Origin: Octopus vulgaris
Taxonomy: Eukaryota
DNA length: 64,000 nucleotides
Assembly (NCBI GenBank): GCA_951406725.2
Contig: OX597820.1
Span: 52,266,001-52,330,000, forward strand
Reading direction: 5' to 3'
Each line of letters begins with the position of its first letter. Position 1 is the stretch's first letter. This document shows positions 38,084-52,343 of the stretch, piece after piece. The notes under the pieces are model-generated. The model had not been told where the DNA came from. It was given only the letters and a program-made list of their open reading frames with translations, and did no database searches. A program made the position numbers and the translations under genes.

Positions 38084-39650
38084 ACATATATATATAAAAT
38101 GATAATATCTTTGTACAAATATATTATATTTGCTATACGACCAGCAGTTATTGTCACCATCTTATATCTATTTTTATATATTAATTTTTCTTTGTTTCTT
38201 ACAGTTTAGCACCTCGATTCTTTAAATTTATTCCGTTTTCTACTAAAATATTGTTTTCACGCTTTATTCCTCTTCATATATAGTTCCTTACATGGTTTAC
38301 AAGAACGACCGGCATAATTTTCAATGCTTAGCTTGTCTCTGAGTGTACAGCATAAATTCAACCGACATTGTTTTTCATCACTTGCAACGTTTTGGCCGTT
38401 TGTCATTTTATTAATGTTTTTCCTATAAAAATTCCTCCGGTAACACTCAGCTCTCAACCTTTTACGAGATTCCACCAACACTTATATGTTTGCATTGACA
38501 TTTTTCTCCAACGTAATAACACTACAATTATTTTCTGACAAAAGCGGATCCTACTGTTCTGTTTTTGATTCAGATCAGTGTCTATATCTAACTCTGTGGA
38601 ATATAACCACAAATGGTTACAGTAGGGCGCATTGGCAGTCAGAAAGTGGAAATAAATGTGTTAGTGTGGAAAGAAAGAAATTGTGGTGCTGGCGGTTAAA
38701 CTTGCTTTTGATAATAAAAACTAAATGATATCAAATACTCGAGCAGCGATTCTGTCTGGTTATTTCTATTTATTTCTTATAGAGTTTGAATATAATACTT
38801 AACTTAGAAGGTCTCCTAAATGTAACAGTCATCATTGAGATTAGACGTATTGTATAATATTAACTGTGATTATTCAACTGAAATTTTAAATTGGTATGAA
38901 TATTTATATTGAGATGCACATATGACTTCTAATGTGAAAGATATTCTGGCTAGAAAAGGCTGATTTGAAAAATTCGATCGGAGCTTTACGTTGCACAAAA
39001 TTAAAATGACCAGTGAATCTACCAGTGTGGATATAGATGGTGAAATTATTATCATGAGGAGCAAAAACAAAATTTCAGCAAGAAGCACTAGAACAAGTAT
39101 AAATTGAGGATGAAATTGAACTTCATTGCTATGTTGTATCTACTGGAACTTATATTTGCGGAGACCAAAAATCAGCATGAGTCTTTAAATATTCAGAAAA
39201 AAAAATTTCGGAAAATTGTTGCCGAAAAAATGTTGCTGACAGGAATTTAAACACAGAGATCATTGCATGTCTTTCTAAGTTTGTGTTTCATGTAATCTAC
39301 CTGTGCTTTGGTGTTTATATAATAATAATAAAAAAATTCCTGGTTACATGCCAGGTCTTGCAGCATTTTTCCTGATTTATAAAGGTAGATGGCAAGATGT
39401 TATATTTTCACATAAGCAGTTCTCTTTTTAGACAATGTATCTAGCCATCAAATAATATTAAGTCATCATTCTGATAACGTGAAAAATTTTCCTCCAACAT
39501 GTTCTAGCTAAATGAAGATATATTATCTGAGTACTTGGAAGCAACTCATAAATGCATGATGAGGCGGAGAGGTATTAATAATAAACGATGATACGAAAGC
39601 GATGTTTACATATTTCATTTCGGATTGTGGCATCAAAATGATATATATAT

Positions 39651-39810
39651 GATGTTGAGGGGACAAACACAGACACACAAACATATGCACAAAGCTTTGG
39701 TCGGCCCGAGGCTATAGTAGAAGACACTTGCCCAAGGTGCCATGCAGTGGGACTGAACCCTGAACCATGTGGTTGGTAAGCAAGCTACTTACCACACAGC
39801 CACTCCTGTG
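39651..39810 (-). mobile_element. SINE family A, internally deleted
   Basis: GCTTTGGTCGGCCCGAGGCTATAGTAGAAGACACTTGCCCAAGGTGCC...CACAGCCACTCCTG. Confidence 0.85.
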
Positions 39811-40526
39811 TAACGTTCGAAGAAGTTTTAGAAGACGATGCGGACAAGAAATTAATGTATAGGAATCTGATTATTTTAGAGCATGAACCAGCTGCAAGTT
39901 TATTTCACTACACAAAAAATCTCTAAATAAGGTATATCTGCCAGTTTTTTGTTTGTTTGTTTTTTTTTTGCTTATAACACTCCGAGAACTAAACGTAGTA
40001 TAAATATGACAAGGGAAGTGATCATAGTGAGCTCTTTGTCCCAAATATCTGACATATTTGGTTAAATACTTAATCATTATAGCAGCTGTTTATGATGATT
40101 ATATAAAGTGCAGTAGGTAGTATCCCTCCCATTTTCAAGAACATTCACCTATCACCCGCCATCACGGTCTTTTGTGGTGAGTAACGTTCTCTTCTAAGAA
40201 TTAACTGCACTCGTATTATTTTCCGTTAGAAGTTTGTCCTCAAATAGATTTTTAGGTGTTTTCCGTACCGTTCTGTGCATTTAACGATTGGTATTTTTAT
40301 GTATAAATGGTTGTATGATTTGCGTTCCGGAATTCCGATTTGCAACAACATGGAATTCCATGACGCGTGGGAAGATGAATGATAACGATGTGAAACAAAA
40401 TGTAGAGCAATAGAGAAAAGACGTGTGTGGAAAAGACAAATGCATAAAAATATGTATTGACGACCAGGTGCAGAGAGAGAGAGAGAGACAGAGAGAGACA
40501 GAGACAGAGACAGAGAGACAGATAGC

Positions 40527-40570
<44 letters not shown>

Positions 40571-42629
40571 CACAGAGAGAAGAGAGTTAATAGCATTGAA
40601 CATAATGAAAAAGAAATAAATATTGTTTATATTTTAGAAATGTGAAAATACAAATGCGTCTCTTTTTAATTGCCATTTAATTTCTTATCGTTGGATAATA
40701 AATCTATTACTCATAATGGGATAACTAAACGTTGACTCATTATTAAGACATATAGTGTCTAAATGTATGGCAGGACGAGATTTTGGATAAAAGGGCCTAT
40801 ATAATAATTTTCATTTTAAAGAATGCAAATCTGTTATTTTTAATTTTTACATGTTTTTCGTAAAATTCATTACTTTATTTCTAAGCTGAGAAGCGTATAT
40901 GAAATTTAATACGATGACAAGTAATGGTCGACATAATACAACACATAGGCATAGATGCATTTGAGTGTTTAATTAATCCCTTCTTAAACGAGTTCCAATT
41001 TTACACAATCAATAATGTGTGTACCATTAATATACTGTGATTGATACTAGGAATTATATCCCTTACAGATAGTTATTTAACTTGTATCCAACAAAGAAAT
41101 ATTATTTATTTTCTTTAAATTTTTGTTAGTTTTAAATGTAATGAAAGCATTATTTTTGCCAATATCACAGCTATAAAACATTAGAATCTACCTCACATCC
41201 ACCTCAGCACTCACCTTACCATTGACTATATCACAGTCACAATCTGATAATGTGTTTTATTTCTGAAACTAGTTATCAAAAATGACAGACACTTTCGTCT
41301 TAATATGTACATGTTTGTATGGATATGTGCATAAGTGTGTGTGTATGTATATGTTCCTGTATTTCTTTGTACGTTTTAGTCTGTGGGTATGGGTACTTTT
41401 ATGTGTATGTGTGTATGTGAGTGCATATTTATAAGTGTATAATTCTGGTAGGAATAGAGAGGTATTGGAGTGGAATTGATGAAATGAAAGCAATAATGAC
41501 GAATTCAATTTCGAGTTGTCTGGACGGGATGAAAAAAATGTTAATCATTATTTAATAATTAGATATGTTAAAGAAGCTCAGCATTTCTACAGAAAAAGAA
41601 TTCTATATGGCCTGCGCTTCATTTATTTTTGTTAACGTCATCATCAAAAATAATATCCAGACGTTACTTATAAGTGTTTGCAAACTTGCAGATTTTGTGA
41701 CATTCATTATGAACAAATACAAAACATGATACCACAGTCTTACATAAATATAAAAATATTTATCATTACAGATGCAGTGCATGGATACTGCTTCCCATTT
41801 ACTACTAAAATACGGTTATTTAATTATATTATTTATTATTATTATTATTGCATCAAAATACGACTGTATGACACAATAACTTGGGTAAGATTCCGCCAAA
41901 CAAAGGCTTAACAGCATACAGTCATCCACGTAAAGTTAATATATTGTTTCAGATATCTGGGTTTTTTTCACTCTCATTATTCAAAGATGGAAATAATTTC
42001 GTGAGCGCACGAAGATAAACATCGTATCCAACCAATTTGATTTTTTTTTAAATTCTACATATGGTTTTTGTTATCATTTTATCCTTCTTTTCGTGTAAAC
42101 CTGTTGCCACTTCTTATCGAATTAACTATAGGTGAATAAGCTACTAGTAGACAAGATTTAAGTATTTTGCATCAAAGACAGTTTATATGAATGCCATTCA
42201 AGAGATGCAGACTTGTTTGTTCATAGAATCACAAGAAATTGTACAGTGTAACATATGACCACACATAAATTCAGAATAGTCTTTACATAGGAGTTGAGAA
42301 ATGAATTAACAGTACATATGAGAAAAACAAAAAACACTCGTGAAACGTATGTTAATATATATTTCTATCTATAAATCGAAACACAGAAAGAGAAGTGGCG
42401 TAAAACTATTCATGAATACTGAGGTGAAACAGAATACATAAAATATTCATATATCTAGAAATATAATTTAAACTGAGATTTTGACCAAGAGGCAAATGGA
42501 AAATATTATTTCAATAATATAACATCAGGAATAAACATGTTTATAATATAATTTTACTGGACAAGGACACATAGATTAGATAAACGAAATATAGAAATCA
42601 GAATAAGCAAAAATTGGAAAGCAAAACCA

Positions 42630-42795
42630 CGGATATACATACATACTCACATACATACATACATACATACATACATACATACATACATACATACATACAT
42701 ACATGCATACATACATGCATGCATACATACATACACACACACATACATACATACATACATACATACATACATACATACATACATACATACATACA

Positions 42796-42826
<31 letters not shown>
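42630..42826 (+). repeat. (TACA)n followed by (TG)n microsatellite
   Basis: Read directly from the sequence. Confidence 0.95.
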
Positions 42827-44519
42827 TATGCGAGAAAAGGCAATTCTTATAGTCAAAGATCATTTTTAAATTATATCAAAAACTTCTTTGTGAAATGCCA
42901 GATTAGCAAAAATAGATGGGTGTAGTTGTATCGCAAGGCAAAGACTTCTGAAAGTAAATACATAATCCTTATACGTACAGACGTATATATATATATATAT
43001 ATATATATCTTTGCAATATCTTTGAAAACCTACCTTGTGTCCAACTGTGTTCCTGTACTAGGTATATTAATTTCATGTCAGAAGTAAACAGCATGATCAT
43101 TTAATCACTACGTACAAATCATGTGTGCAAGTTTCTCAGAAAGGTTTTGCGAACCCGCGTATGGCTTTTTTGACAGAAGACTACATGTCATACGCAATAT
43201 ATTCTTACATATATCATCGGTTGTTTCCCATTTTCCAGGAGTTCAACTCCCTAATGACTGAGAGCGTAGGTCTTTTTCTGCCTTTTGTATTCTTTATATT
43301 CCTTATTATCAATCATATACCTCGACTATTACAATTTTCTAATAGAACACTATTCGTAATGTAGTCTTCTCATTTCATGTTCAAATGCAACTTCGACTTA
43401 CTTTATGTAAATAATCCAAGTTTTTATGTCCTAATTATCCATGTTTTATAACTATCTAATGGCTGAGTAGAGATCTCTTACAGGAAATTTCGTAAGAGAA
43501 TTGTTTAGTAGGTTTGGGAATACTAGATTCGGTAATTCTATAATGCTTTCAACATTCATTTGAGGCGTACAATTATTTATTTCCAAAATAGAGATGTTAT
43601 TCACCTTGCACGTGAGATATCTTAAAAGCACTCTTCTTGAAATCACAGGAAATTCTTTTCAGAATGGCTTAGGCATGGGTTTTGGATTAGGTAATAATGA
43701 ATGCTTTACAAAACCGATTAGCCGCACTTGTGAACTTGTTGACTGATTACTAAATTTCCTGCAGTTTGCGAGAAAATGTTACTTAGTCATTTGATAGACG
43801 CTATAAGAGATTTAGGTGATGGTATTTCGCAGCAATAAAAATTTAAACCTTTCACTATCAAAATGGTAGTAATTGCAAAACATGGATTATATAAAGAACG
43901 TTTAAGGAAACATTATTGACAATTATATGAAGATGAAATTTCCGAAAACGTGACCTCACTCTATTTATACGACCTGGGTAATTCTTCAGGAAGGTCGATG
44001 CAAGACTCAACCAAACGTAATGTATTGAATTCGCAGAATAACAAAAATAATAATAAGGCACCCGTATAGTCTTTCTTGGAATATTCCATTCATTCACACA
44101 TACATACATACATACACACATACATACATCTCAAAGCTGTGACCATGATTGGGCACCGCCGTTTATAAATATATATGTGTTTGTGTGTGTCTGTGTGTGT
44201 GTGTATGTGTGTCTGTGTGTGTGTCTGTGTGTGTGTCTGTGTGTGTGTCTGTGTGTGTGTGTGTGTCTGTGTGTGTGTCTGTGTGTGTGTATGTGTGTGT
44301 ATGCATCTATAGCTTTCGTTCGTTTTTCGAACTTGCCAAATAACATTTTTTTGTGGGTGTACAAGTTGCTTATTTATATAACACAGCTGTTTTTTGTTGT
44401 TGTTGTTAGAAGAGGAGAACATTGTTTTTTTGTTTTTTTCTTTTGTGTTTTTGTGTAGGTAGATAGATAAAGAGATTTTTGTTGTTGTTGCATTTCCGCA
44501 ACTCCTATCTCCACATTCT

Positions 44520-46100
44520 CCTCCTAAGGTCTGATTCATTCTCTGATGTAAATTCTGCTCTTTTGAGATGTTAAAGATTTTGTGGTTGGCGTCTACTATT
44601 GCGTAAGGGTTTTTTTTTTTTCAACCTGATTTTTCATTTTGGGACTTTCTAGGAGTAGAGGTTGTTCGATTTTATGGCGTGAAAGATCTTGGTTATCTCA
44701 GGACTGTGTGTGTTAAGAAACGGGATCGTATGTTCATTAAATTTTTGCTTAGGTGTCCGTAGTTGGGAGATGCTTAGTTTCATTGCTTTTTTAATACCCT
44801 CATTAATTAATCCTAAGGGGTATTTATGCATTGTGAGGAGGTCTTTGAGCTCGTTGTGTTGGATTTCACGTATTTTGGGATCATTCACTATAGCACAGAT
44901 GCGACTTGCCATGTTGTATGAAATGTTTCTTTTGATGTGTTATAGATGGCAAGAGTAGAAATTTAGATATTAGTGTGTGTAAGCTTTTTTGTAAATTGTC
45001 TCTTCTGATTGCGGAGTTCTGAATATTTATGTGGCTATCCTGGAATGGTAATTCATTGCAACTGGATTCTGCCGTGCATTTGATGGATGGGTAAATATGT
45101 TCAGTATAGCTAAATATAATTAGGTCCTCATTTAATCTGTCCAAAATAATGAAGCAATCACCAAGGAAACGTTTAATGATATATTTCTTGTACTCCTGAT
45201 CAAAAGTTTTCTGTAATTCCTAATAAAGTTTTTCTTCCAAGTAACTTATGACTAAGTTCGCATGTGAGGGTGCAAACTGCGTCCCCATAGCCGTGCCTTT
45301 TATTGTTGATATGTTTTATTATCGAAACTAAAGATATTTTCTTCTAGAACCTGGTGCGTGGCTTTCGTGATGAAATCAGTCTTGAAGCGTTCATATATCC
45401 GTCTTCTATTATTCTCTACCCAGTGTTTCTAGGCCCAAAGCATCAGTTATATTGGTGTAAATATTGATAACATCAAAACTTGAATATATATTACCTTCTG
45501 GGACAGTAGGTGGAGTATGCTAGATGAAATCTATGCCATCTCTTTTATAACTGGGTATATGGGTATTAAATGGCACAAACGTTTTAGGAGTATATCTAAG
45601 AAATGATTTGTTGCATTGGAGCTTGAGTTCCAGCAACTAAGTCAGCATGCCTTAATATTTTTATGTATTGGTTCTTCTGCCTATTTATGGCACTATGTAT
45701 TTCGGAGCTTTTGTGGATTTTGGGCAATCCGTAGAAATTGTTCTTTGATTACAGAGTTGCATGTATAATCTTTCTCCTTATCCTGAAGAAATCTTGGTAT
45801 TCATTGATTAGTGTTCTGATTTTATCCATTATTTTTTTCCCTGAATGTCTTAGTTCTTCCTTGTAGTAGAGTTGGTTTCTTCAAATTTCCAATATTTTGA
45901 CTTTAGAGTAGTCCTTGTCCGAGATTACTATCGCTCCTCCCTTAACAGCTTCGTTTTGGATAATGTGTTATCATTTTTCAGTGTTACTAGGGCTTCCTTT
46001 TCCGCTTCACGAAGGTTTTGTTTGTATCTGTAGATATTTAGGGGAACTTTTTGAAGCTGTGTCTATATACACGTCTAAATATTTGTCATTTCCCTTGTAG
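44520..46100 (-). mobile_element. Penelope-like element RT/thumb pseudogene
   Basis: Minus strand motifs in order: KGGAIVISDKDY, NFYGLPKIHKS, SFDVINIYTNI (A), GTAMGTQFAPSHANL (B), KRFLGDCFI (C), ELPFQD, ASRICAIV...YPLGLINEGIKKA...IPFLNTHSP. Confidence 0.92.
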
Positions 46101-46256
46101 GTGTGAAGTGAGATTTATTTCTTACTAATGGTTCATCATTTATATATTTATTACCGGAGGTAGCGGCTGCAATGTCCAATATCAGATTTCAGTTCAATGA
46201 GATTATGGGTGGGTGTCGGGGTAAACTCGAAACCTTTTGATAGGTTTCATCTCATT

Positions 46257-46599
46257 CTTGTGACACCTAACATCTGGACACCTAACTCTCCAGACTGCAA
46301 CCCCCTTGATTATTATGTTTGGAGCGCAGTTGGGCGAGACATTAACAAAATTCCTTGTGACACCAAAGATGAACTGAAAGCAAGTACTATAGCTGTATTC
46401 ACCAACTTAAGCAAGGATACCGTCCAGAAGTGTCTGGAGGCCGTGATTGAAGCCAGTGGTGATTTTATTGAATAAATTTTCTCTTTAGTATTTCAAAATA
46501 TTTTTTATGTAATTTTGGTAAATACATCTGTATTAAGGAGATACGGGTGTTATTTTTATTTTTGCGTAACTTAGACGACAAAATATTCACCACACCCTG
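46257..46599 (+). mobile_element. Tc1/mariner DD37D (maT-like) transposon 3' end
   Basis: WTPNSPDCNPLDYYVWS...CLEAVIEASGDFIE*; right terminus ...ATTCACCACACCCTG, whose reverse complement is CAGGGTG.... Confidence 0.85.
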
Positions 46600-46609
46600 T
46601 TTGTAAAGT

Positions 46610-47050
46610 TTGGCACGAAGCCGGTAAGTTCCGGTGACAGGGAGAAGCTTATTACTTTAACCTAGGGCTCAACTAACACTTATTTTATCTATCCAGAAGA
46701 ATGAAAGGAAAATCGACCTCGGTGTAATTTGAAACCACGTAAAGACGGGCGAAATGCCGTTAAGCATTTTGCGCGGCGAGGTAATGTTTCTGCCACCTCC
46801 ACGGCCTAAGCAACTTATGAATACAAACCTTATTTCAAAGGCGGCGAGTTGGCTGAATCGTTAGCACAACGGGCAGAATGCATAGGTCTCTTTCATCTGT
46901 CTTTATGTCCTGGTTTCGAATTCCGGTGAGAACAACTTTGCCTTTGATCCTCTCGGTATCAATAAAATTAGTACCAGTTTAACACTGGTGTCGATGTAAT
47001 TGATTCACACTCTCCTCAGAACTTGCTGCTCTGGTGCCAAAATTTGAAAC
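46610..47050. mobile_element. Head-to-head pair of SINE family B copies (- 46610-46808, + 46841-47050)
   Basis: Family B motifs on both strands. Confidence 0.75.
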
Positions 47051-47220
47051 TGACGTTAAACTTCTTGATAGTAAAGTTTATATGCCAACAGAATGTGACA
47101 GTCCTATAAAGACAATGTTACTGTTGTTATAGGTCTGCCACATTCTGTTGGCATAAACACATTACTATTTGGTACTGTTACTGTATATCTCACACTCAGA
47201 GATTTAAAACAAATTGTTAC

Positions 47221-47240
47221 TCTCTCTCTCTCTCTCTCTC

Positions 47241-47324
<84 letters not shown>
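47221..47324 (+). repeat. (TC)n(GATA)n microsatellite
   Basis: Read directly from the sequence. Confidence 0.95.
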
Positions 47325-47325
<1 letters not shown>

Positions 47326-48568
47326 TGAGAGAGGCGGAGAGAGAGAAAATAAATAACATATATTGAAGTAGACAAGAGATTTAGAACACACTTGAACTAC
47401 TTCACAGTAGGACTTTTAGTGGAAATGTAAAAAGTTTTGTATGTTCACACCTTATTGCTATTGAACTTACTCACCTCTCTTATCACTTCTGTTAGGGACG
47501 AATTGTCCCTGGCGAAAAACGTCAGCAGTTTCCTTGGTTTACAGTTTTTAACTACCTACAGAAATATTAACAGATAGTCAAGAGTTTGATAGAAGACAAA
47601 GTAGAATTCAAGAACAATGAAAGAAATGGGGAGATGGAGGAGCAGATAGAAACAGTTATAGGACACAGCTCCACAGTATAGCAAGTGAGAAATATTGACA
47701 ATAAAAATTACAGAAAGTACTACAAACTACAAATTACAGTACTACAAAGAGTTACAAGTGTTAAAGTGGTATAGACGAATTGTATTGAGTAAAGGGCTTG
47801 CGCAAAACAGAAACAAGTTAAAGAAGGTAATGAAATGAGGTAAAATTGAAGCCAAAATATATGAACAATATAAATTACTCTCGATCGACTAATATAGTAG
47901 AACGTTGGTAATTTTTAGACGCAAATATTTTTCTAGACTTGATTTCTAATGAATCATTATGGAAGATAGGAGTCAGAAACCTACACCTTCAACATAAGGG
48001 CATTATATTTTTTTAGGTTATTATCATCTTGAGAGACGTCAAAATAAATATTAACACCTCCCGTCAGACCCTTTCGCAGGGGATGTATTAATGGTGATGT
48101 CGCTCTTGTTTTGTATAATTCGGGTTGATTTTACTGACGCTATAAATATCATTTAAAAAAACGTTATATGATATAACGCCATAAGTAGCCTACAGAAAGA
48201 GTTGGGATATTAATAGTGAATGTTAAATATAAAGGAAATTAAAGTTTAAATTATATATAATGATAGAGACTACTTATATGCACTAAATGTGTGTTTCTGC
48301 CAATGTGGAATTTTCGAAACATGTGTCGAAAGTAAAAATATTTGTTTTACACCTGCGTTAAACTCCATTTATTTATTCATATATTATTCACGTAAAATAT
48401 AATATAATATTCCACGTAAACACGGAGTTTCTACCTTTATAAACAAGGAGTTACAACATCTACCCTATTTTTGCTACCCTGGTAGCTATTTATTTATTTT
48501 TTCCGTGTTAATTGTTAACAAGGTAAAAATACACTCATCTATATATGTATATATATGTATGTATGTAT

Positions 48569-48717
48569 GCGCATGTGTGACTGTGTATTGACAAGCTTGC
48601 TTCCCAACCACATGATTTCAGGTTCAGTCCCACTGCGTGTCACCTTGGAAAAGTGCATACTATTATAGCGTCGGCCGACCAAAGCCTTGTGAGAGGATTT
48701 AGTAGACGGAAGCTTTC

Positions 48718-48755
<38 letters not shown>

Positions 48756-48891
48756 GACGGGCTTACATATATATGTTTTTGTGTGAGTCTTTGTGTCTGT
48801 TTGTCCTCCACCCTCCCTTGACAACCGATGTTGATGTGTTTACGCCCCGTAACGTAGCGGTTCAACATATAAATCGATAGAATAAAAAAGA

Positions 48892-48892
<1 letters not shown>
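48569..48892 (+). mobile_element. SINE family A copy
   Basis: CTTGCTTCCCAACCACATG...GGTTCAGTCCCACTGCGTG...GCCGACCAAAGCCTTGTGAG. Confidence 0.85.
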
Positions 48893-48927
<35 letters not shown>

Positions 48928-50964
48928 ATGCATGTATATATTCTCATGAGATCCGATCAATATTGTAGAGGAATATATTCTTTTTGAATTAATTTGTGAT
49001 CGATTGAAGCAGTCATACGTTCATCCTGCAAGATTTGACTTACTTTCGTACCGTTGTAGAAAATCTATATTGAATTATCATATCATTAAAGTATACCGCT
49101 ATTCGTGACACATAATAAATTACAATTCGGATAGTGAAATATAATGACAGCACCATGAGATTTGAAATCAGCATATATAGGTTCGTAATTACCGTTTGTT
49201 CAGCTCTAAACTATCTCTGCGCCCATGATTTTCCCTAAATCTAACAGCAAAAATAAACTCTGAAAATACTATTGTTGTTGCTATCGATGTTATCTATCGA
49301 GAATTGCGAAAATAAAATTTAAAAAGAACATCCCTGTCATTGTTATTTTAAAGCAAAAGCTGCTAAATTCATGTCACGTCGTATGTACAATAAAAAGCAC
49401 ATGAAAATAAGTAGAGGGAGGCACTTTTAATTAGTTGAATCAAATGCAGTTGTAAAAATATCACAATTTTTTTTTGTAGATAAAGTAATGTTAAAGCAAA
49501 TAATCTATAAAAACTGGGAACATATTTTTCAAAAATATACTAAAATTTAAGAATAAAGAACATTTGATTGCTATAATGTCCCTCAAATGTTTACGGTTAT
49601 TGTGTGCGCTTACATTTTTTGTTATTTATTTATTTATATATTTATTAACCGAAACAAAAACATAATAGCAGATGCCCTAAAAAATGGCGTTCTAGTGAGT
49701 GCAAAAAGTCCATTTAGAACGAGTGGAATGTGAAATATAATAGCAATTAAAGAAAATTCTTGTTTCCATTGGGGTAGGTTTTATAGCTTTTGAATGATTA
49801 TTTTCATTCCAGTCGACCAATCAGATTTGATGAACGTTAAATTTTAAAAACATATTTGAATAGTTTTGAATTCTTAGAATTTATTTCGTTGTATGAATGG
49901 AAAGAAATATTTAAATAAAAAAAAATGTTCAATAGTTATTAATGTTAGTATGCTTTTCTGTAAGTTGGGAGATATAGGCTACGATCATGATTTGTTTCGA
50001 TAAAGATCTATGATACTGCGTTTGTGGGATTGGCAACTGTTTTGCTGTGTTTTATATGGTATTCTGGAAGACAAAGTACTATTAATCAAGGGCGTGTTAA
50101 ATGATTGGAATTCAATTAGAAATAAAAACTCATTAGTGATTAAAACTAAAAAGGAAAATAATATAAACATTTCGATAAATGATTGAAGGGAAATAGATCT
50201 ATGGGTGTGTATTTGAATTTTAAATCATGAGTCATCGTTGGTTGATATATTTGTGGCGTGTTTTTATATATTTTTCCGCGTTTTCTTGAATTATTTCTTG
50301 TCTGTTTTTTTTAAAATTTATATTAGTAATCAGACAATAGCAAAGCTACAGCAACCTTTTGAATGGTTTTAGTTGACCATATAAGCGAGAGTACTTCTTT
50401 TTAGCGTGATATTTATTATCTTATCGACCATTTTCTCGCACCAAAAATCTAAGGCCGGTGGACGAAGAAACATTCAAAACACAAAATCACTTCCACATGC
50501 ATAAACATATACGTATGCATATGTATGTATAAATGTGTATATTCATACATATATACATATATATATGTATGTGTCGTCTGTTTACTTATTATTTAAATTC
50601 TTCCGCTGAGAAAGGAGCTGGTTTCTAACAAAGCTACAAAGCTCCATAGCTGGAATGTAGATAAGAAAAACAATGCTATATTTTAAACTTCAGTAAAGTC
50701 TTGCATATTTTCAATGCTCCACTTACAGATTGAACTTGTAATGTGGGAATCTGTTGTTTCATTTCATTTTCTGAAAATCCGATGTTATACTGAATATCAC
50801 TTAAACATTTAATTACCAAACACAGGGCACCCGTTATGTTTAAATGTATTTGTCCATAGTTATCTTTCCTTTCTTTCATTTTCAAACAAATACTCACATG
50901 AATAGGACAGCTGACCTCTATGACAGTACATGTATTTTCTTGTATGTTCCAAACAACAACATTG

Positions 50965-51195
50965 AGGAGGCACGTGGTTTAGTGGCTAGACTCATGATCA
51001 TAAGATCCTGGACCGGGCGACACGTTATGTTCTTGAGCAAAACATTTTTGCTCGTCACTCCATTCCACTCAAATAGCAAAAATGAGTGATCCTGCGATGG
51101 ACCGACATCCCTTATCCAGGTGGGTATTTAAACGTCATAGAAACCAGGAAGCCGGCTCTTATGTGTAAACATGACTCGAGAGGCTAACATTACTT
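50965..51195 (+). mobile_element. tRNA-derived SINE, family D (diverged)
   Basis: GGAGGCACGTGGTTTAGTGG head; GTTCTTGAGCAAAACA and CCTGCGATGGACCGACATCCC body. A related diverged copy lies near 32255-32470. Confidence 0.6.
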
Positions 51196-51214
51196 TTCTT
51201 TTTTACTAAACAAT

Positions 51215-51930
51215 AACATCGGCTTGTGGTTTCAACTTGACAGATAATGTGGTGGAATTGTTCCACCAATTTTCTGTGTATTGATGTGAGAATGTATATT
51301 GCCACTGCATGGATTGTCTCTAATGAACCCAACACTCACCTTGGGTTATAAAACATTCAAGGAAACCAACTGTATCTGTCTCAAACAATGTCAAATTTTC
51401 CTCCAATGTCCTCAGCCTAGAGTGCTTTTGATCAAGTGTCAGAAGACGTGGCAGCCACCGAGCACAAACCTTCGTCATACCAAAATCATTGTGCAGACTT
51501 ATTCTCAACTCTCATGTGCGGTGAACACGATCAATGTTTTCCTCGGTGATAGCAGTTGCAGGACGTTCAGACCTTAGGAATATTCAACACGCTCCCTTCT
51601 ACTCTTAAATTAAGGTTTCCACTTTTGTCATGTTGATAAAGTTAGAGCATCATCCTCTAATGTAGCCAATGTGTCAGCATGAATGTCCTTGGGCAATACA
51701 CTTTTTACAGGTAATTGATAACACCATTATGACAATTGTTTTTCCACTTACGAAGAAAAGACGCTACTAGTTACAGTTGAAGTCTTCTTTGGATAGGCAT
51801 GCTTTAGTTGAACTGAAACGAAACAAAATAGTTGGTAATTACTATAGTTAAAGTTAATGCACGCAAAATTTAAAAGCTTTAGTCTTACTCCTTCAGAATC
51901 GGCCTATGGACTTTTCTTATCTCAGCCTCG
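51215..51930 (-). mobile_element. mariner (DD34D-type) transposon remnant
   Basis: KVCARWLPRLLT (WVPxxL motif) ...FITQGECWVH (decayed first catalytic D region); 5' terminus TA|CGAGGCTGAGATAAGAAAAGT at 51930. Confidence 0.85.
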
Positions 51931-52282
51931 TATTTTGTTTAGTTTCTCGACTTGAAGTCTGCATTTTTGACATTAGTGCTAACGATGATTCTGGGGAGCA
52001 TTTTAGTGTAAAAGTTTATAAGTAGTACTAAGTGCTTAGGAGTTGTCGAATTTGAAGTGAATATCAAGTAGGGTATTACTTTATGAGCTCCATATGCCCG
52101 AACTCTGGAGGATGGTAGAGGTTCGCTTCCCTACTTACAATGTATATCGAATACAAATTGCATCGAATAGTCAGTTGGAGGAGGTGTCCTCTTGGGGTAA
52201 AAACGGTAGTAACCTCGGTTCTTGCGGAACAACTTTGCTGAAGTGACGATAAACATTACTTCAAAGCATATTTCTATATACA

Positions 52283-52343
<61 letters not shown>

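Noticed and set aside
41229-41252. miR-2-like seed TATCACAG
   Set aside because: No complementary 5' arm upstream.
43940-43995. Minus-strand CTGAAGA as a hammerhead core
   Set aside because: No properly placed stem II/GAAA or stem I partner.
47488-47530. AGGGAC-gaatt-GTCCCT hairpin followed by GAAA...GTC as a hammerhead
   Set aside because: No CTGANGA core, and GAAA is not adjacent to the stem.
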